A stretch of DNA of 64,000 bases. Source: Endomicrobiales bacterium (GTDB lineage: Bacteria > Elusimicrobiota > Endomicrobiia > Endomicrobiales > JALOBY01). The position numbers were made by a program, and so were the translations under genes. Location of the stretch: assembly GCA_963796955.1 (NCBI GenBank), contig CAWCNJ010000004.1:160001-224000 (forward strand), read 5' to 3'. Positions 28,530-38,279 of this stretch are shown in pieces; the stretch's first letter is position 1, and every line of letters begins with the position of its first letter. The notes under the pieces are model-generated. The model was not told the DNA's origin and did not search any database. It worked only from the letters and a program-made list of their open reading frames with translations.

Positions 28530-31500
28530 ATGGGTCGATCGAGTAACTATTTATTCATTGCCCTTATCTTGTTGCTGGCCGGCTTTGTCGTTGCGTGGGC
28601 TGCGCCCGCTCCCGTCGGCGACCTTGCCGCTTCGTCGGCAGGCTATCGCCATATTACCCTGACCTGGAGCACGCCGTACGATGCGGCGGCTTCCACCACG
28701 CCTGCGTATTACGATCTGCGCTGCTCGACCACGACCCCCATTATAACGGCCGCGGACTGGAATAACTGCCCCTCTTCTCCGGTCTACCCCTATAATATTG
28801 TTTTCACAACGCAGGGTGTTTCAGCCGGCAGCCCTGTCTCGTTTTCGGTGACCGGGCTTACGAACGGCCGCACCTATTTCTTCGCCATCAAGTCTTCCAC
28901 CGATAATATTTCCTGGTCGGCGCTTGATACGTCGAGCCCTGAACCCTTTAATACTCCCTTCAATACGGTACCCTACACCCTTCAATCATACGATTTCCCG
29001 GCTGCCCGTTCTGAGGTCTATACTTCAACCCCCACGTTGACGTGGCACAGCGATACGGTAACGCCGGGTTCCGACGACAGCGTCTGGGGTGATTCCATAG
29101 TTACCTATACCGTTGAATTATCAACAGATGTTTCATTTGGTTTCCATTCATCCGAAGATGTTTCCATACCTTCTTATACCACATATCCGCTTGCTGAAAA
29201 TACCACGTATTACTGGCGTGTGCGACCGCACGACAGCGAGGGGCTTCAATCTGCCGGTTTCCTTGATCAGACGGACCGCTGGTTCATGGTCAATGCGAAA
29301 AAAGACGCGCCAACTCCCTTCAACCTGCTATTGCCGGCGAACCTGGATATCATCAACAACAATACGCCGTCCCTGCAATGGTCGGCCTCTACCTGCGCCG
29401 ATCCCATGCCGGAAGGCATTGTCTCGTATACCGTCCAGTACAGCACCAGCCCTACCTTCAATATTGTGTGCACCACCACGGTCGCGGCCCTGGCGGGATC
29501 TCCCTACGCGGTGCCGTCGGCCTTGATCGAGAATGCGCACTATTTCTGGCGGGTATACGCGGTCTCCGGCTCCGGTGTTTCAACGATGTCATCTTCCACC
29601 GGCACCTTTTGGGTCAATGCCATACATACGGGGCCCGGCATATTCGCGCCTGCCGGACCGCCAAACGCGTCGATCGTGCGGCTTTCCACGCCAACTATTT
29701 CCTGGAGCCCTTCGGCCGACCCGGATCCCGGCTCAGCGGTCGTTTATAACGTCATATATTCTTCCACCGATATTACGTTGAGCATGGATTATCACGTCAT
29801 CTCAGGCATTGGCACTACCTGGTATGTTCTGCCGCCGCTGCAGGACGGTGTTGTTTACTGGTGGCAGGTGCAGTCTGATGACGGGGCCGGCGGCCAGTAT
29901 CAAAGCACAGAATGGTCATTTTCCGTGCATGCGGTTAATGCGCCACCAACGCCGTTCGATCTGCTCAGCGCTTCAGGAACGGTCGCGACACTTAAACCTG
30001 CATTTTCCTGGCAGGCCGCCACTGACCCCGAGGGCGACGCCTTCTCCTATACAGTGCAATACACGACGACTGATTTCTCCGCGGCGGTTTCCTCAGCCGG
30101 GTTGCATGTCGCTTCTTTTACGCCGGCCGTTAATCTTACGGAAAATGCACAATATCTGTGGCGTGTGATGTCCGTAGACAGTTTCGGCGCGCAGCGTATG
30201 TCGAACCAGACCTGGCCGTTGGCTATAAATGCCAACCCCGAGCCGCCGCTGCCGTTCTCGCTTGTTTCACCGGCTGATCAGGCCCAGATAAGTTATCTTG
30301 CTCCTACGCTTATCTGGCAGGCGACAACCGATCCGGACCCGGGCGATTCTATCGCCGGTTATACCGTCAGATATTCGACTGCTCCCGATCTGAGCAATGC
30401 GGTTTCCGTAGCAGGAATTTCTGTCACCTCCTATACCGTCACGCCGCCGCTCACCGCGAACACCACCTATTTCTGGAGCGTGCGTGCGGTTGCCACGCAG
30501 AGCGGCCAGACGGACGCAGCGGCGATCCGCAGTTTTTTCGCGGTGAACCAGCCGCCGCTGGCCTTCTCGCTGCTCGCTCCTTCGGGCATCATTGCCACAC
30601 GCACGCCCACGCTTAACTGGCAGGCCGCGCCGGATCCGGAAGGCGATGCCGTAACCTACACGGTCCGCTACGCAACGAATGCGGCATTTGCCGGCGCCGT
30701 GTCGGTGTCCGGTATAACGAACAATTATTACACGACCCCCGCGCTGATAGAAGACGCCAGCTATTACTGGAAAGTTGATGCCGTCGATGTATGGGGGCAT
30801 GTGCGTAACTCAACGAACGTTCTGCCGATCGCCATTAACAGCATTGATTCACCCCCGGCGGTATTCGTCTTGATCTCCCCACCTGACGGCACGGTATGCG
30901 GGGTACGCCCTGTATTTTCCTGGCAGGCCTCATCGGATACCGATCCGGGCGACAGAGTTTCCTATGAGTTATGGTACTCCACTTCGCCGGTCTTTGCCTT
31001 TAAAACGGTGGTAGCTTCTCTTCCGGGAACCTCGTACACAACCGTCCAAAGCCTTATACCCGGCACGACCGTATACTGGAAAGTCAGCGCCCTGGACAAC
31101 GCCGGCAACCGTACGATGACAACCGCCTGGCGGACGTACATCTCTCAGGCAGAGCCGCCGGAGACACCCGCAAATTTTACCGCCATGTCCTCGGCTGATG
31201 GTCGCACGATCACGCTTACCTGGCAGGCGCCGGGTGCGAACGCCGATGGCTCAGCGTTGACACCTCTTGATGGTTTCTGTATTTACCGCGCCTACGATCT
31301 TAACGGCGTGCTGGCCTCAGTAACGCCTCTTATTATCCCTGCTGGCATGACCTCGTATACCGAGCAAATAGCCGCCGGCCAGACCGTGTATTATCAAGTG
31401 AGCGCAAGGAATATCCTTGGCGGTGAAAGCACCCGGTCCCGCGCTGTTTCAGCCGGCGCGCAGGGAGAACTTTTAAGCTACACGAATGATTGCGATCTGA

Positions 31501-32138
31501 TACTTTCGTGCCCGCCAAATGTGGTCCCCTCGTCCTATTCAGTCACGGTAAGCCGCGACGGCGCACTGGAATTCGGGAACGTTTTGCGTCATTATTCCGT
31601 GCACGTCGCTGCCGGCGGCGTCGAGCTGAAAAAATATGTGTTTTCAAAGCCGCTTACCATCTCGCTTAAGACGGACACCGCGATCCAGTCGCCGGCCGCC
31701 CATGCCCCGGTGCAGGCGCAACTCACCACGGGTATTTTCTGGCATAACGGCGTTGAATGGATCTACCTTGGCGGTGAAAACGCTTCCGGCGATATCAGCG
31801 TCAGGGCAAGTTCCGCGGGGGAATATGAATTGCGCGCCGTATCACGTTCATCTGAATTCCACGTTCTCTCTCACTGGCCGGCGATAATTACGCCGAACGG
31901 GGACGCCATCAACGATGAGTTCAACATCACATTTGAAAACCCCATGTCGGACGCGGTCTCCGGCGAGATTTACGACCTCCGGGGCGCGCGTATCGCGGAA
32001 ATGTCGGCCAAAACCGATACCTGGTATATTTGGAACGGCAGCGATGACAACGCCCTCAGGGTTGTCCCGGGAATATATATCTATCAGCTTAAAGTAGGCG
32101 AAAAACGTTACAACGGCACGGTGGTGGTGGCAAGGTGA
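28530..32138 (+). CDS. Secreted multi-Fn3/Ig-repeat adhesin with gliding-motility-associated (type B, CHU_C-like) C-terminal domain
   Basis: Signal peptide; about seven ~100-aa repeats P.F.L..P…TP.L.W…DPD/EGD…Y.WRV; C-terminus ITPNGDAINDEF…IYDLRG…WNG…PGIYIY…GTVVVAR. Confidence 0.82.
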   Translation: MGRSSNYLFIALILLLAGFVVAWAAPAPVGDLAASSAGYRHITLTWSTPYDAAASTTPAYYDLRCSTTTPIITAADWNNCPSSPVYPYNIVFTTQGVSAGSPVSFSVTGLTNGRTYFFAIKSSTDNISWSALDTSSPEPFNTPFNTVPYTLQSYDFPAARSEVYTSTPTLTWHSDTVTPGSDDSVWGDSIVTYTVELSTDVSFGFHSSEDVSIPSYTTYPLAENTTYYWRVRPHDSEGLQSAGFLDQTDRWFMVNAKKDAPTPFNLLLPANLDIINNNTPSLQWSASTCADPMPEGIVSYTVQYSTSPTFNIVCTTTVAALAGSPYAVPSALIENAHYFWRVYAVSGSGVSTMSSSTGTFWVNAIHTGPGIFAPAGPPNASIVRLSTPTISWSPSADPDPGSAVVYNVIYSSTDITLSMDYHVISGIGTTWYVLPPLQDGVVYWWQVQSDDGAGGQYQSTEWSFSVHAVNAPPTPFDLLSASGTVATLKPAFSWQAATDPEGDAFSYTVQYTTTDFSAAVSSAGLHVASFTPAVNLTENAQYLWRVMSVDSFGAQRMSNQTWPLAINANPEPPLPFSLVSPADQAQISYLAPTLIWQATTDPDPGDSIAGYTVRYSTAPDLSNAVSVAGISVTSYTVTPPLTANTTYFWSVRAVATQSGQTDAAAIRSFFAVNQPPLAFSLLAPSGIIATRTPTLNWQAAPDPEGDAVTYTVRYATNAAFAGAVSVSGITNNYYTTPALIEDASYYWKVDAVDVWGHVRNSTNVLPIAINSIDSPPAVFVLISPPDGTVCGVRPVFSWQASSDTDPGDRVSYELWYSTSPVFAFKTVVASLPGTSYTTVQSLIPGTTVYWKVSALDNAGNRTMTTAWRTYISQAEPPETPANFTAMSSADGRTITLTWQAPGANADGSALTPLDGFCIYRAYDLNGVLASVTPLIIPAGMTSYTEQIAAGQTVYYQVSARNILGGESTRSRAVSAGAQGELLSYTNDCDLILSCPPNVVPSSYSVTVSRDGALEFGNVLRHYSVHVAAGGVELKKYVFSKPLTISLKTDTAIQSPAAHAPVQAQLTTGIFWHNGVEWIYLGGENASGDISVRASSAGEYELRAVSRSSEFHVLSHWPAIITPNGDAINDEFNITFENPMSDAVSGEIYDLRGARIAEMSAKTDTWYIWNGSDDNALRVVPGIYIYQLKVGEKRYNGTVVVAR

Positions 32139-33709
32139 GATCTATGAACACTAAACGCATAACAAAGTGTTGCTTGATCCTGTTGGCAGTTACTACTGCC
32201 TGCTGCCTGCTCCCTGCTCCCTGCAGTTCCGCCTTTGACGAATATTTAACCGGCGCCCGGGTGCGCGCCATGGGCGGCGCATACGCGGCTCTTGCTGACG
32301 ACGTGAACGGGGTGCTCGGTCAGCCGGCGGCGTTGGCGAACCTGGCTGATACCCAGCTGTCTGTCAGCTACGGGCAGTTATATCTGGGACTTTCTGACGG
32401 AAGCAGGATCAGCGACAGCTCAATCCTTTTCGGTATGCCTGCCGGGAAACATTTTGGTATCGGCGCCGCTTACCAGTCCCTCTCCCTTAACAGTACCTAC
32501 AGTGAAAACACCGCGCTGCTTGCTGCGGGAGCGTCCATCTGTTCGGGCCTGCGTGCCGGCGCGGCCGCCAAAATGTTGACGGTTTCCTACGGCCATGACG
32601 GCTACACGGACCTCGATCCTGTTTTCGCCGGAGGAATGTCGAGATCGGCCATGGACGCTGATCTCGGTATTATCTGGCAGGCAACAGGTAAGATCTCTTT
32701 CGCGTATACCAGGAACAACCTGCTTGGCGCCGACCTCGGTCTGGCAGAAACGGCGCCGGTCACTGCGCGGGACATAGTTGCCCTCGGGTATCGGGAAGAG
32801 GATTTTACATTCGATCTTGAAGACCAGCAGGGCGGCTTGGAAAACCGCGTGGTCATTGGCATAGAAAAACTTCTTATTGATCATCTTCTGGCTCTCAGGC
32901 TGGGTTTTGGTTCCGGGAACAGGGATTACCGTAAAGTCAGCACCGGCTTTGGCTTCAATATGAAACAATTCTCCATTGACTACGCTTTTGAATATCCGCT
33001 GTCCGGCATCGAGGGAACATCCGGCACGCACTACCTTACTATCTGTACGCATTTTGGCGCGCATCAAACACCTGCGGTGGAACAATGCAAGATCATTTGC
33101 GAACCGAAAACGCCTGTACCCGTTCCGGCACCGCAAATACCGGCTCAAGCGGAGCTACAAAAGCCAGTCTGTCAGGAAGTAAAGCCTGTGCCCGTTGAAA
33201 AGACCGTGGTAACCCCGGCCCCTGAAACCTATATGGGCAGCGGCAAATTACAATTGCTCAATATGCTTCAATTGCAACAGTTCGCGGTGGCCCCGTCGAC
33301 AACACCTGTGGTGCAACCGCCGGCGGTTTCCAGCGCCGCTGTCGTGCCGGCTCCGATAAACGCCGTTGCGCAAAGCACGGCGCCGGCAAATACCGAAATA
33401 AAGGCTGTTGTCCCGGACGCCGCAGAAGAGGATACCGAGGAGCCGGCCGCGATCCAAAAGATCCCAAAAGCAAAGCCTGCAATAGAAAAGCCGTCTCCTG
33501 TTGATGATGAGCTGCGCCCGCGGACGCTGAACGGCCAGGCCCCGGGCAAATATACCGCCATTCACAGGGTCGTCTACGGGGATTCCCTGCCGTCGCTCGC
33601 TGAAAAATATTACCACGCCAAAGCGCGCTGGGTTGATATATACGAGGCTAATAAAGATAAGATCGAGAAGGGCACTCTGCAGGCCGGACAAATACTGATA
33701 ATCCCTTAG
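32135..33709 (+). CDS. PorP/SprF- or PorV-like beta-barrel with Pro/Ala linker and C-terminal LysM domain
   Basis: GARVRAMGGAYAALADD; FSIDYAFEYPLSGIEGTSGTHYL; LysM HRVVYGDSLPSLAEKYY…W..IYEAN…LQAGQILIIP. Confidence 0.8.
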   Translation: MRSMNTKRITKCCLILLAVTTACCLLPAPCSSAFDEYLTGARVRAMGGAYAALADDVNGVLGQPAALANLADTQLSVSYGQLYLGLSDGSRISDSSILFGMPAGKHFGIGAAYQSLSLNSTYSENTALLAAGASICSGLRAGAAAKMLTVSYGHDGYTDLDPVFAGGMSRSAMDADLGIIWQATGKISFAYTRNNLLGADLGLAETAPVTARDIVALGYREEDFTFDLEDQQGGLENRVVIGIEKLLIDHLLALRLGFGSGNRDYRKVSTGFGFNMKQFSIDYAFEYPLSGIEGTSGTHYLTICTHFGAHQTPAVEQCKIICEPKTPVPVPAPQIPAQAELQKPVCQEVKPVPVEKTVVTPAPETYMGSGKLQLLNMLQLQQFAVAPSTTPVVQPPAVSSAAVVPAPINAVAQSTAPANTEIKAVVPDAAEEDTEEPAAIQKIPKAKPAIEKPSPVDDELRPRTLNGQAPGKYTAIHRVVYGDSLPSLAEKYYHAKARWVDIYEANKDKIEKGTLQAGQILIIP

Positions 33710-33723
33710 AAAGGAGCAGTTCA

Positions 33724-35808
33724 ATGGACGACAACAAAAACGAATTTAACACGGGTTTTTCCGACCTCGACGCCGAGATCGGCAGGCTTAAAGCCGAGCT
33801 GGCCCACCAGGGTGACATGGTCGACCAGATACGGGTGCCCGCTTCCACCGGTGATTTTTGGGGACGCCGGATGGAAGAAGAGAAGAAATTGAACGAAAAG
33901 AAAATGCTGCTCGCCGAGGAAGAAAAGCGCGTGCTGGAAGCCAGGATGGCTTCTCAGCAGGAGCAGGTAAAAAAGTACAGCGAATCGCTTGCGGAACTTG
34001 AAAAGCGTTTCGAGCGCGAGGCTAAGGGCTGGGAAGAACGCCTTAAGGCAAAAGAGGCCGATCTGCTGCTGGAAAAGAACCGTATTTTCTGGGAAGAGAA
34101 ACTGCGCGAAACCGAACATGAGAATCACTCGCTGCTGCAGCAGGTAGCCCGTCTTAACGAAGCCATTACGCAGCTCAAAGACGAACAGAACGCCGATAAA
34201 CTTAAATATGAAACATCAACGACCGAGGAAAAACAGCTTAACGAAACGAAACTGCATGGCATGCAAAAAGAGATGGACGCCCTCCGGGAACGCGCCCTGG
34301 ACCTGCAGTCTCAGTTAGCCTCCGCCAGCGATCAGCTGCGCACGGCGAAAGAAGGCTACAACGCAATAAAAAGGGAATTGGAACAAAAAATAAACGACCT
34401 GATAGGCGAAAAGACGTCGCTCGGCGAGAAAATGAACCTGGTCATAAAACAATCCGATGAGGAACGGGCGAAGGTGGAACTGTGGGTGCGCAATGTAAAT
34501 ACCGGATTCGTGCAAAAGATCCGTCATTACATCGGGTCCCTGGAAGGCCTGGCCCATTTTATTTCAGACAGGCCGCCCAGCAAAGCGACGACCAGCTATC
34601 TGGAAAGTATCATTCAGGAACTTGAGGGTGAGACGGAAATGCACGCCACCAGCCTGAAGCTGGAATCGTATCAGCGCTCATTCGTGGCTGTGGACCTGCT
34701 GGTAAACGACGAAGCCGCGATGTGCCGCAAGATCCTTTCGGTTACGGTCTCTGAGACGAAGATCGCCACGCCCGGTAACTTGATGGCGATGATAGAAAAA
34801 GCCAAGCCGCAGGTGCTGCTGGTCTCAGGTATCTATTACAAAAAAGCTCTGGCCGTCAACCGCCGTTGGCCTTTCCTGCCGATCCTTATTTTCGGCTCGT
34901 TCGACAAAGAGGCTGAGCGCAGGCTTAACTCGGCCAGCATCAAGATCATCGCGCCCCCGTTCATGAGCGGTGATATCGCCGATATCATTTCGAGCGTAGC
35001 CCGTCACAGCATCGCCAGACCCGAATATTGGGAACGCATTCAGTCGAAGCGCAGTTACCTGGGAACCATTGTCATGGCGGGCGCACTGGCGTGCGGCCTG
35101 CTGGGCGGATATTACTTCAAGGATATCACCGGCGGGATCGGCGCCATGGTCTATACCGCGCGGCCATCCACCTATATTCCGCCCTATACGAACCCTTCAA
35201 ATATTTCCTTTGACGGCAAGAATATCTGGGTCTGCGACTGGTTCGGCCAAAGCATTTACAAGCACAGCGCCGACAGCAAGTTCAAGGTGGAACACATTTA
35301 TTTCTATCCTGGTAAGCATTTTACCGCGATCACCTGGCACAACGGGGTTCTGTGGACTGCCGACGCGTGGGATAACAAAGTCTACCGGCATAATAATGAC
35401 GACGACCTGTCTGTGGCCGAGACCTTTACCGTGCCGGAAATGTCCATTACCGGCCTTGCCTCTGACGGGAAATCGCTCTATTCCTGCGATACGGCCAGGG
35501 GTCAGATCTATAAGCACCGCCTGGACGCCACGTTGTCCATAGATGCGGTTTACGACACACCGGGCAAGAATCCCTGCGGCTTATTCTACGACGGAAAGAA
35601 TCTCTGGAGCGTTGACAGCAAAACCGACCGGATCTACCGCCATCGCATGGATGCCAAACTGACGCCGGAAGCCTCTTTCCTGATCCCTGAACTGTCGCAA
35701 AAACCCGGTATGATATCCGGCGTGGCGATCGACAACGGCATTCTATGGCTGACCTCGGAAAAATATGGAAAAGTGATGAGCTACCCCCTGAGGCTGGCGA
35801 AGCAGTAA
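33724..35808 (+). CDS. Coiled-coil - (pseudo-receiver-like) - TM - beta-propeller protein
   Basis: N-terminal coiled coil, single TM (YLGTIVMAGALACGLLGGYYF), repeats SFDGKNIWVCD / ASDGKSLYSCD / FYDGKNLWSVD. Confidence 0.75.
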   Translation: MDDNKNEFNTGFSDLDAEIGRLKAELAHQGDMVDQIRVPASTGDFWGRRMEEEKKLNEKKMLLAEEEKRVLEARMASQQEQVKKYSESLAELEKRFEREAKGWEERLKAKEADLLLEKNRIFWEEKLRETEHENHSLLQQVARLNEAITQLKDEQNADKLKYETSTTEEKQLNETKLHGMQKEMDALRERALDLQSQLASASDQLRTAKEGYNAIKRELEQKINDLIGEKTSLGEKMNLVIKQSDEERAKVELWVRNVNTGFVQKIRHYIGSLEGLAHFISDRPPSKATTSYLESIIQELEGETEMHATSLKLESYQRSFVAVDLLVNDEAAMCRKILSVTVSETKIATPGNLMAMIEKAKPQVLLVSGIYYKKALAVNRRWPFLPILIFGSFDKEAERRLNSASIKIIAPPFMSGDIADIISSVARHSIARPEYWERIQSKRSYLGTIVMAGALACGLLGGYYFKDITGGIGAMVYTARPSTYIPPYTNPSNISFDGKNIWVCDWFGQSIYKHSADSKFKVEHIYFYPGKHFTAITWHNGVLWTADAWDNKVYRHNNDDDLSVAETFTVPEMSITGLASDGKSLYSCDTARGQIYKHRLDATLSIDAVYDTPGKNPCGLFYDGKNLWSVDSKTDRIYRHRMDAKLTPEASFLIPELSQKPGMISGVAIDNGILWLTSEKYGKVMSYPLRLAKQ

Positions 35809-35814
35809 CGGACC

Positions 35815-36162
35815 TTATATTTTCAGTTTTGTGCCTTCCGAGTAAATTTTATCAAGGTTATAGAACCCCCGGGATTGCGGGGACATGATATGTATGACTA
35901 CTCCGCCATAGTCCAGCACGCTCCAGCTTACTGAATCCCTGCCGTCACAATACAGCGGCAGCAGGCCTTCGGTGTCTTTGAATTCCTGCATGATGGTTTG
36001 CCTGATGGCATTTACCTGTGTGGAACTGCCGGCTGAGGCGATAACTACGTAGTTGGCTTCCGAGGTGAGCTTTTGGATGTTAAGCGCCACAACCTCTTCG
36101 GCCTTTTTGTCATCCGCGATCTTTGCCGCAAATTTTGCCAACGTAAGAAAATTTCGTTTCAT
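35815..36162 (-). CDS. rsfS: Ribosome silencing factor
   Basis: DDKKAEEV, YVVIAS..S..QV.AI, WSVLDYGGVVIHIM…RGFYNLDKIY. Confidence 0.92.
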   Translation of the reverse strand: MKRNFLTLAKFAAKIADDKKAEEVVALNIQKLTSEANYVVIASAGSSTQVNAIRQTIMQEFKDTEGLLPLYCDGRDSVSWSVLDYGGVVIHIMSPQSRGFYNLDKIYSEGTKLKI

Positions 36163-36171
36163 TTAGTATTC

Positions 36172-37093
36172 CTATAGGTCCGTGCGCGCGCGGTTTAGTT
36201 TCTCGCGGTTAACTTCGTTCTCTCTGTTCTTTAAATTCTGGATCGACTCCGCCAGCTGTCCCGCGACAGCGGAAGTAATCAGGAATTGGTTCTTCCCGAA
36301 GGCGCCGGTCACCTGTCTGTTCCAAAGCCCTATAAAGCCGAGCATCGAGCCTTTCTTCATAATGGGTACTATCAACAGGGACTTCGCTCCCGCGAATGGC
36401 GGTAATTCCATTATCGTACCGGTATGGCACTGTTCCTTAGTACAGTCCTGTATCTCCTTAATGGCCGGCTCATTTTCCGGTATCGGCGCAGCAGCGGGGC
36501 CCGCGGCGCTGGGTCGAAGTCGTTGTTGAATTCATTGTGCAAATAAATAGCGCCGTCGGTAGCAGCGGGTATGGCCAGTTTCAATTCATCAAGCACCGCG
36601 CTGGTCATCGCGCGGATAGTAAAACTGTTGGCTATGATATTGCCGGTCTCGTAGACGGTCGCAAGCTCACGGCTGGTGTATTCAAGCCTGTCCATGGAAA
36701 CCTGAATAAGCCCCGAAAGTATCCGCAGGCCGGCCGATGCGTTCCTCGCTATGAACTCCGTAAATTCCGGGCGCGTATCGCAAGCAAAACGGAATCCCTG
36801 GTAGTTCTTGCTGTCGCGGTACGGGGGGCGTCCGCGAAAAAAGCCATCTCCCCGAATACCGAACCCTGTTCAAGTACCGCCAGCACCTTGCCGCTTTCAG
36901 GGCCGCGCTGTTTGGCTATCTCTATCTCTCCTGCTTCAATAATATAGAAGGCGTCGGCGGTCTGGCCCTCTTTAAAAATGGTGGTGTCAGCGTGCAGTTC
37001 AACGCGCTTTAATAACGTCATCAGCTGTGAAAGGAGCGACGGTTCTATGCCACGGAATATCGAAACGGTTTTCAGTAAAGATACAAGATCCAT
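36172..37093 (-). CDS. Cyclic-nucleotide-binding domain + GAF domain protein (two apparent frameshifts, ~36770 and ~36512)
   Basis: cNMP motif IFKEG…FYII…FGEMA…PRTATA and GAF motif SLLIVPI…GFIGLWN…F. Adding one C at each of two C-runs gives one continuous ORF. Confidence 0.75.
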
Positions 37094-37111
37094 ACATACC
37101 TCCGCATGCGA

Positions 37112-38278
37112 TTATTTGTCTTCCAGCGCGGGACAATCTTCGCCCAGGATCACCGATACATCTATCAGTCTTTTAGCGTCGTAGCGCGTTACCACTTCGC
37201 CGCAGGCAAGGCAGTCGCTGATCTTCTGCGCGGCCCGCAGGTTGCCGGTAAGGTCCTTAATAAGGGTCTTCTTCTGCCGGGTCGCGAAGTTACCGTAGTC
37301 CATCACGTCAAACCCCTGCTTGCGCAGCAGCCAGGCGACCTTTTCCGCGACATGGGGCCGGCCGGAAGCGTTCCAGACCTCTACTTTCATCTGCGGCCCC
37401 TGTGACACCGTCGCGGCGCCATTTTCAGGGAAAATTTTCGCAAGTAGTCCCATCGTGTTATCCTGATCTATTTCCCAAAAATTACCGTTCGTTGTGCCGG
37501 GCAGCTGGGCCAGGCGTAAATTCTTCTGCGAAAAATGCCGCGCCTCCAGCATGCAGACAAGAATATCCCAGGTATTAAGGTTTGTTTTTATATCTTTCGT
37601 GACGGTATAAACGATCTTTGGCATTGAAGCCAGCACCACCGGATTTTTAAGGCGGTCCAAAATAGCCTTGAAAAAATACTGCTGACGCAGCACGCGGCCA
37701 AGGTCTCCCGCTTTACTGCGGAAGCGAACGTATTCCAGCGCTTTTTGTCCGTCCAGGTGCTGCACGCCGGGTTCAAAATGTATGTGCAGTTTGCCGGCGG
37801 TGTCATCGTAATGCATCGGCTCTTCCACGTCGATGGTAACCCCGCCGATCATGTTTATAAATGTGCGGAAACTGGAATAGTCTATTTGCAGATAATAGGG
37901 CACCGCCACTTTGTTGGAGAACAATTCCTCTATGCCGGCCTGTACCTGCTGGCAGCAGTAGGCGTCATCCTTGCTTTTGCGCCAGTTGTAGGCGTATATC
38001 TCGTTTATCTTGTGCAGATTGTAGCCCTTCGGCGAGAAATGTGTGTCTCGCGGGATGGAGATAATATCCAGGAAGCGGCTCCGCGGATCGTAACTTGCGA
38101 ACATCATGGTGTCCGTATGCCTGGCGTAATCCACCAGGTCCGTGCCGAGGATCACGGCGTTTATGCGCTCGCCCCTGCGGATAGCCCTGGACAGCGGGCT
38201 TGTGTAACTGAAATAAATAGCAAATGCTATCAGCAGCGCGAAAGCAAGCAAAATGTAGTGAGGTGTTTTTAATTTCAT
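37112..38278 (-). CDS. LCP (LytR-CpsA-Psr) family protein with LytR C-terminal domain
   Basis: LGTD…TDTMM…SIPRDT…KINE.Y…ALEYVRFR…D.GR..RQQ; VEVWNASG…DVSVILGED. Confidence 0.9.
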   Translation of the reverse strand: MKLKTPHYILLAFALLIAFAIYFSYTSPLSRAIRRGERINAVILGTDLVDYARHTDTMMFASYDPRSRFLDIISIPRDTHFSPKGYNLHKINEIYAYNWRKSKDDAYCCQQVQAGIEELFSNKVAVPYYLQIDYSSFRTFINMIGGVTIDVEEPMHYDDTAGKLHIHFEPGVQHLDGQKALEYVRFRSKAGDLGRVLRQQYFFKAILDRLKNPVVLASMPKIVYTVTKDIKTNLNTWDILVCMLEARHFSQKNLRLAQLPGTTNGNFWEIDQDNTMGLLAKIFPENGAATVSQGPQMKVEVWNASGRPHVAEKVAWLLRKQGFDVMDYGNFATRQKKTLIKDLTGNLRAAQKISDCLACGEVVTRYDAKRLIDVSVILGEDCPALEDK

Positions 38279-38279
38279 G

